A DNA stretch of 64,000 nucleotides from the human T2T-CHM13v2.0 reference genome, Homo sapiens. Both the position numbers and the translations under genes were made by a program. This document shows positions 62,201-64,000 of this stretch, piece after piece (position 1 is the first letter of the stretch; each line of letters begins with the position of its first letter). The stretch lies in NCBI RefSeq assembly GCF_009914755.1, contig NC_060930.1, one strand, 5' to 3'. The notes below the pieces were generated by a model, which did not search any database, had not been told where the DNA came from, and worked only from the letters and a program-made list of their open reading frames with translations.

Positions 62201-62885
62201 CCTTTTTGGCTCCAGATGCCATTTTAAGCCCAGGTTTGCCTTGCTCTAGTAAATGATGGGAGTGCTGTCTGTCCCAAATGGGAGGGGTCCCAAAGACATT
62301 ATCCTGGAGGTGTGGGAAGACTGGCTAGGAGTTTGTGCCCAGGGGACCTGTGGAACATACTTCCTATAGCATAGTGCTGCTGAGTAGCCACTCTGATTTG
62401 ACATCTCCTTTGACCAACTTACAGGCAGTTTCCAGGGCTGGGGATGGTGATTCCACCTACCTCCCTTGTCTCTGTCTTTCCTCAGGGATATTTCCTTCTT
62501 CAGGCAGTCACAATAGTTCCTTTGGGTTAAGGCAAGAAAGTTTCCTTCCAGGGAACCCAAGATAGTAGGAAAGTTAGTTTACCACCTCAATTTCATTTTT
62601 TCCAGTGTAGATACCATGAGTTTCTACATGGGGAAGATTTTCCATGTACTTGTTGTCAGAATGAATGGGGAGGGAGAGGCATCACAGATGTGGAAGTCTG
62701 CTTCTCTTACCATCTGCTCAGAGTTTTTACACTTCCCTGTGGCCTTGGGAACTATTTCATCCTCATATTTGAGTTACGGGTTGTTGCTGGTGAAAATCTC
62801 AGTGCTGTATATTTGTTTTGGGGGAGGGAGGGAGTGGGAGGGAGTGAAGCCAGTTTGCTTCTATGCTGTCATTTTAAAACTGGAA
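59236..62885 (-). mobile_element. Old L1M: 5' region, ORF1 and ORF2 N-terminus (3'-truncated)
   Basis: ORF 61816..62058 ORF1-like (ELSNQEFKTAILKKL); ORF 60227..60463 endonuclease (AGVAILISHK...NIYAPNTGAP). Confidence 0.88.
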
Positions 62886-62989
62886 GTCCCCAATCCTTGT
62901 TTTTAAAACCATGAACAGCAGTGGGTCCCAGCTATACTTTAATGAACATTAGTGTTTAGCCACTTTAACTGGGTTAGTTGTCATTAGTG

Positions 62990-63380
62990 CTATCCACTGA
63001 ATATTTCTGGCTGTCTACATTTTAGACACATGGTAGGATGGTACTTTCTCAGCCCCTCATGTTTGAGTGAGCCCATGTGACTACTTCTGACCAATGAGTT
63101 CTGAGCCAAAATTCCACAGTTATGAATCACTTTCAGGCTGCAATATTTACCTGTTAAACACCCAGAGCTCACCTTCTCTCTTCCAGAGCAACAAGAAATG
63201 CTCAGATGATGGTGGCTCTGACACTTTGGATCTCAGAGTAAAGACTGTGGTGTAAGATTTCCAGTCAACCAACAATGGATATATAGCATGAGCGATAAAT
63301 AAACCTTGCTATTTTAAGCCACTGAAGCTTAGAAGTTTTTTAATACATCAGCTTTGCTGAGACTATCTTTATTGACAAAT
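62990..63380 (+). mobile_element. Old MLT1 LTR
   Basis: ccatgtgactacttctgaccaatgag; aataaaccttgctattttaagccactgaag. Confidence 0.65.
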
Positions 63381-64000
63381 AAGTTTTTTTATGAATAAGA
63401 AGTATTAGTGGTCAAACGAGGTGAATAACCTTTAGTGCAGGACTTCTCAAAGTCATCAATGTGCCATATACATTGTGACTGTCCAAGAAGGGATATGTAG
63501 ATGCGTTATTTCCCAAATTTATTGGTGGTCTATGAAACAAAAATGAAATCATAAATGAATATGAATACTGTACCAACTCAGAAATACACTTTTGAGGACT
63601 GTCCCTGATGGGTTTGTCCATGAGGAGCTAGGGTTCAGTGAGCTTATATTTCTTAATGTATAACACACAGCAAATCAGCAATACACCTTGACAATAGTAA
63701 CATTTCATCTCTGGGTGTCACTTCGACCTTCTACTGTTGCAGACCCACCGCGATGGCTTTTCTGAAACCAATTGCTTCCAAAACTAAGGGCTCCTATCTT
63801 AAGTACTATGACCACACCAAATTAATCAACCAGCCTTATTTGTAAAGTAGATTATAATATAATGTGCTCCAGGTCTTCATGAAATCACTCCAGTCTCATT
63901 AAAGCCTGCTGTCATTTGCCATTTGATTAGAGTCTGTGGGGTGGGGCAGGGGGGATCCCTCCTTGCCACACACAGTCTTTGAGTCTCCATTGCATACCAC

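Overview
Human (primate) genomic DNA, AT-rich and dominated by interspersed repeats. The only protein-coding gene I can support is SPACA1 (sperm acrosome membrane-associated protein 1, SAMP32) on the + strand. It has a CpG-island promoter (~38.0-38.65 kb) and 7 coding exons (38384-56811) that splice with GT-AG junctions into an 885-nt, 294-aa ORF: signal peptide, acidic N-terminus, Cys-rich hinge, Ig-like domain, one TM helix and an acidic cytoplasmic tail. The upstream ~34 kb is mostly nested retroelements (LTR40/HERVL40 provirus remnant, MST MaLR, L1s, Alus, solo LTRs, MER DNA transposons). Almost all other ORF-track entries are repeat-derived or spurious. I found no new multi-gene system. 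The most unusual structure is at the 3' end of SPACA1. Intron 6 holds a ~1-kb nested AT-rich palindrome built from unique 60-70-bp blocks. It abuts a 105-bp block that is duplicated on the other side of the last exon, where the second copy joins an orphan L1 5'UTR monomer array with a G4 tract. Other leads are a very old L1/Tx1-like endonuclease fossil, a piggyBac (Looper-like) fossil in intron 1, and two protein-motif hypotheses for SPACA1. Repeat family names come from recalled consensus sequences, not a database search, and repeat boundaries are approximate.
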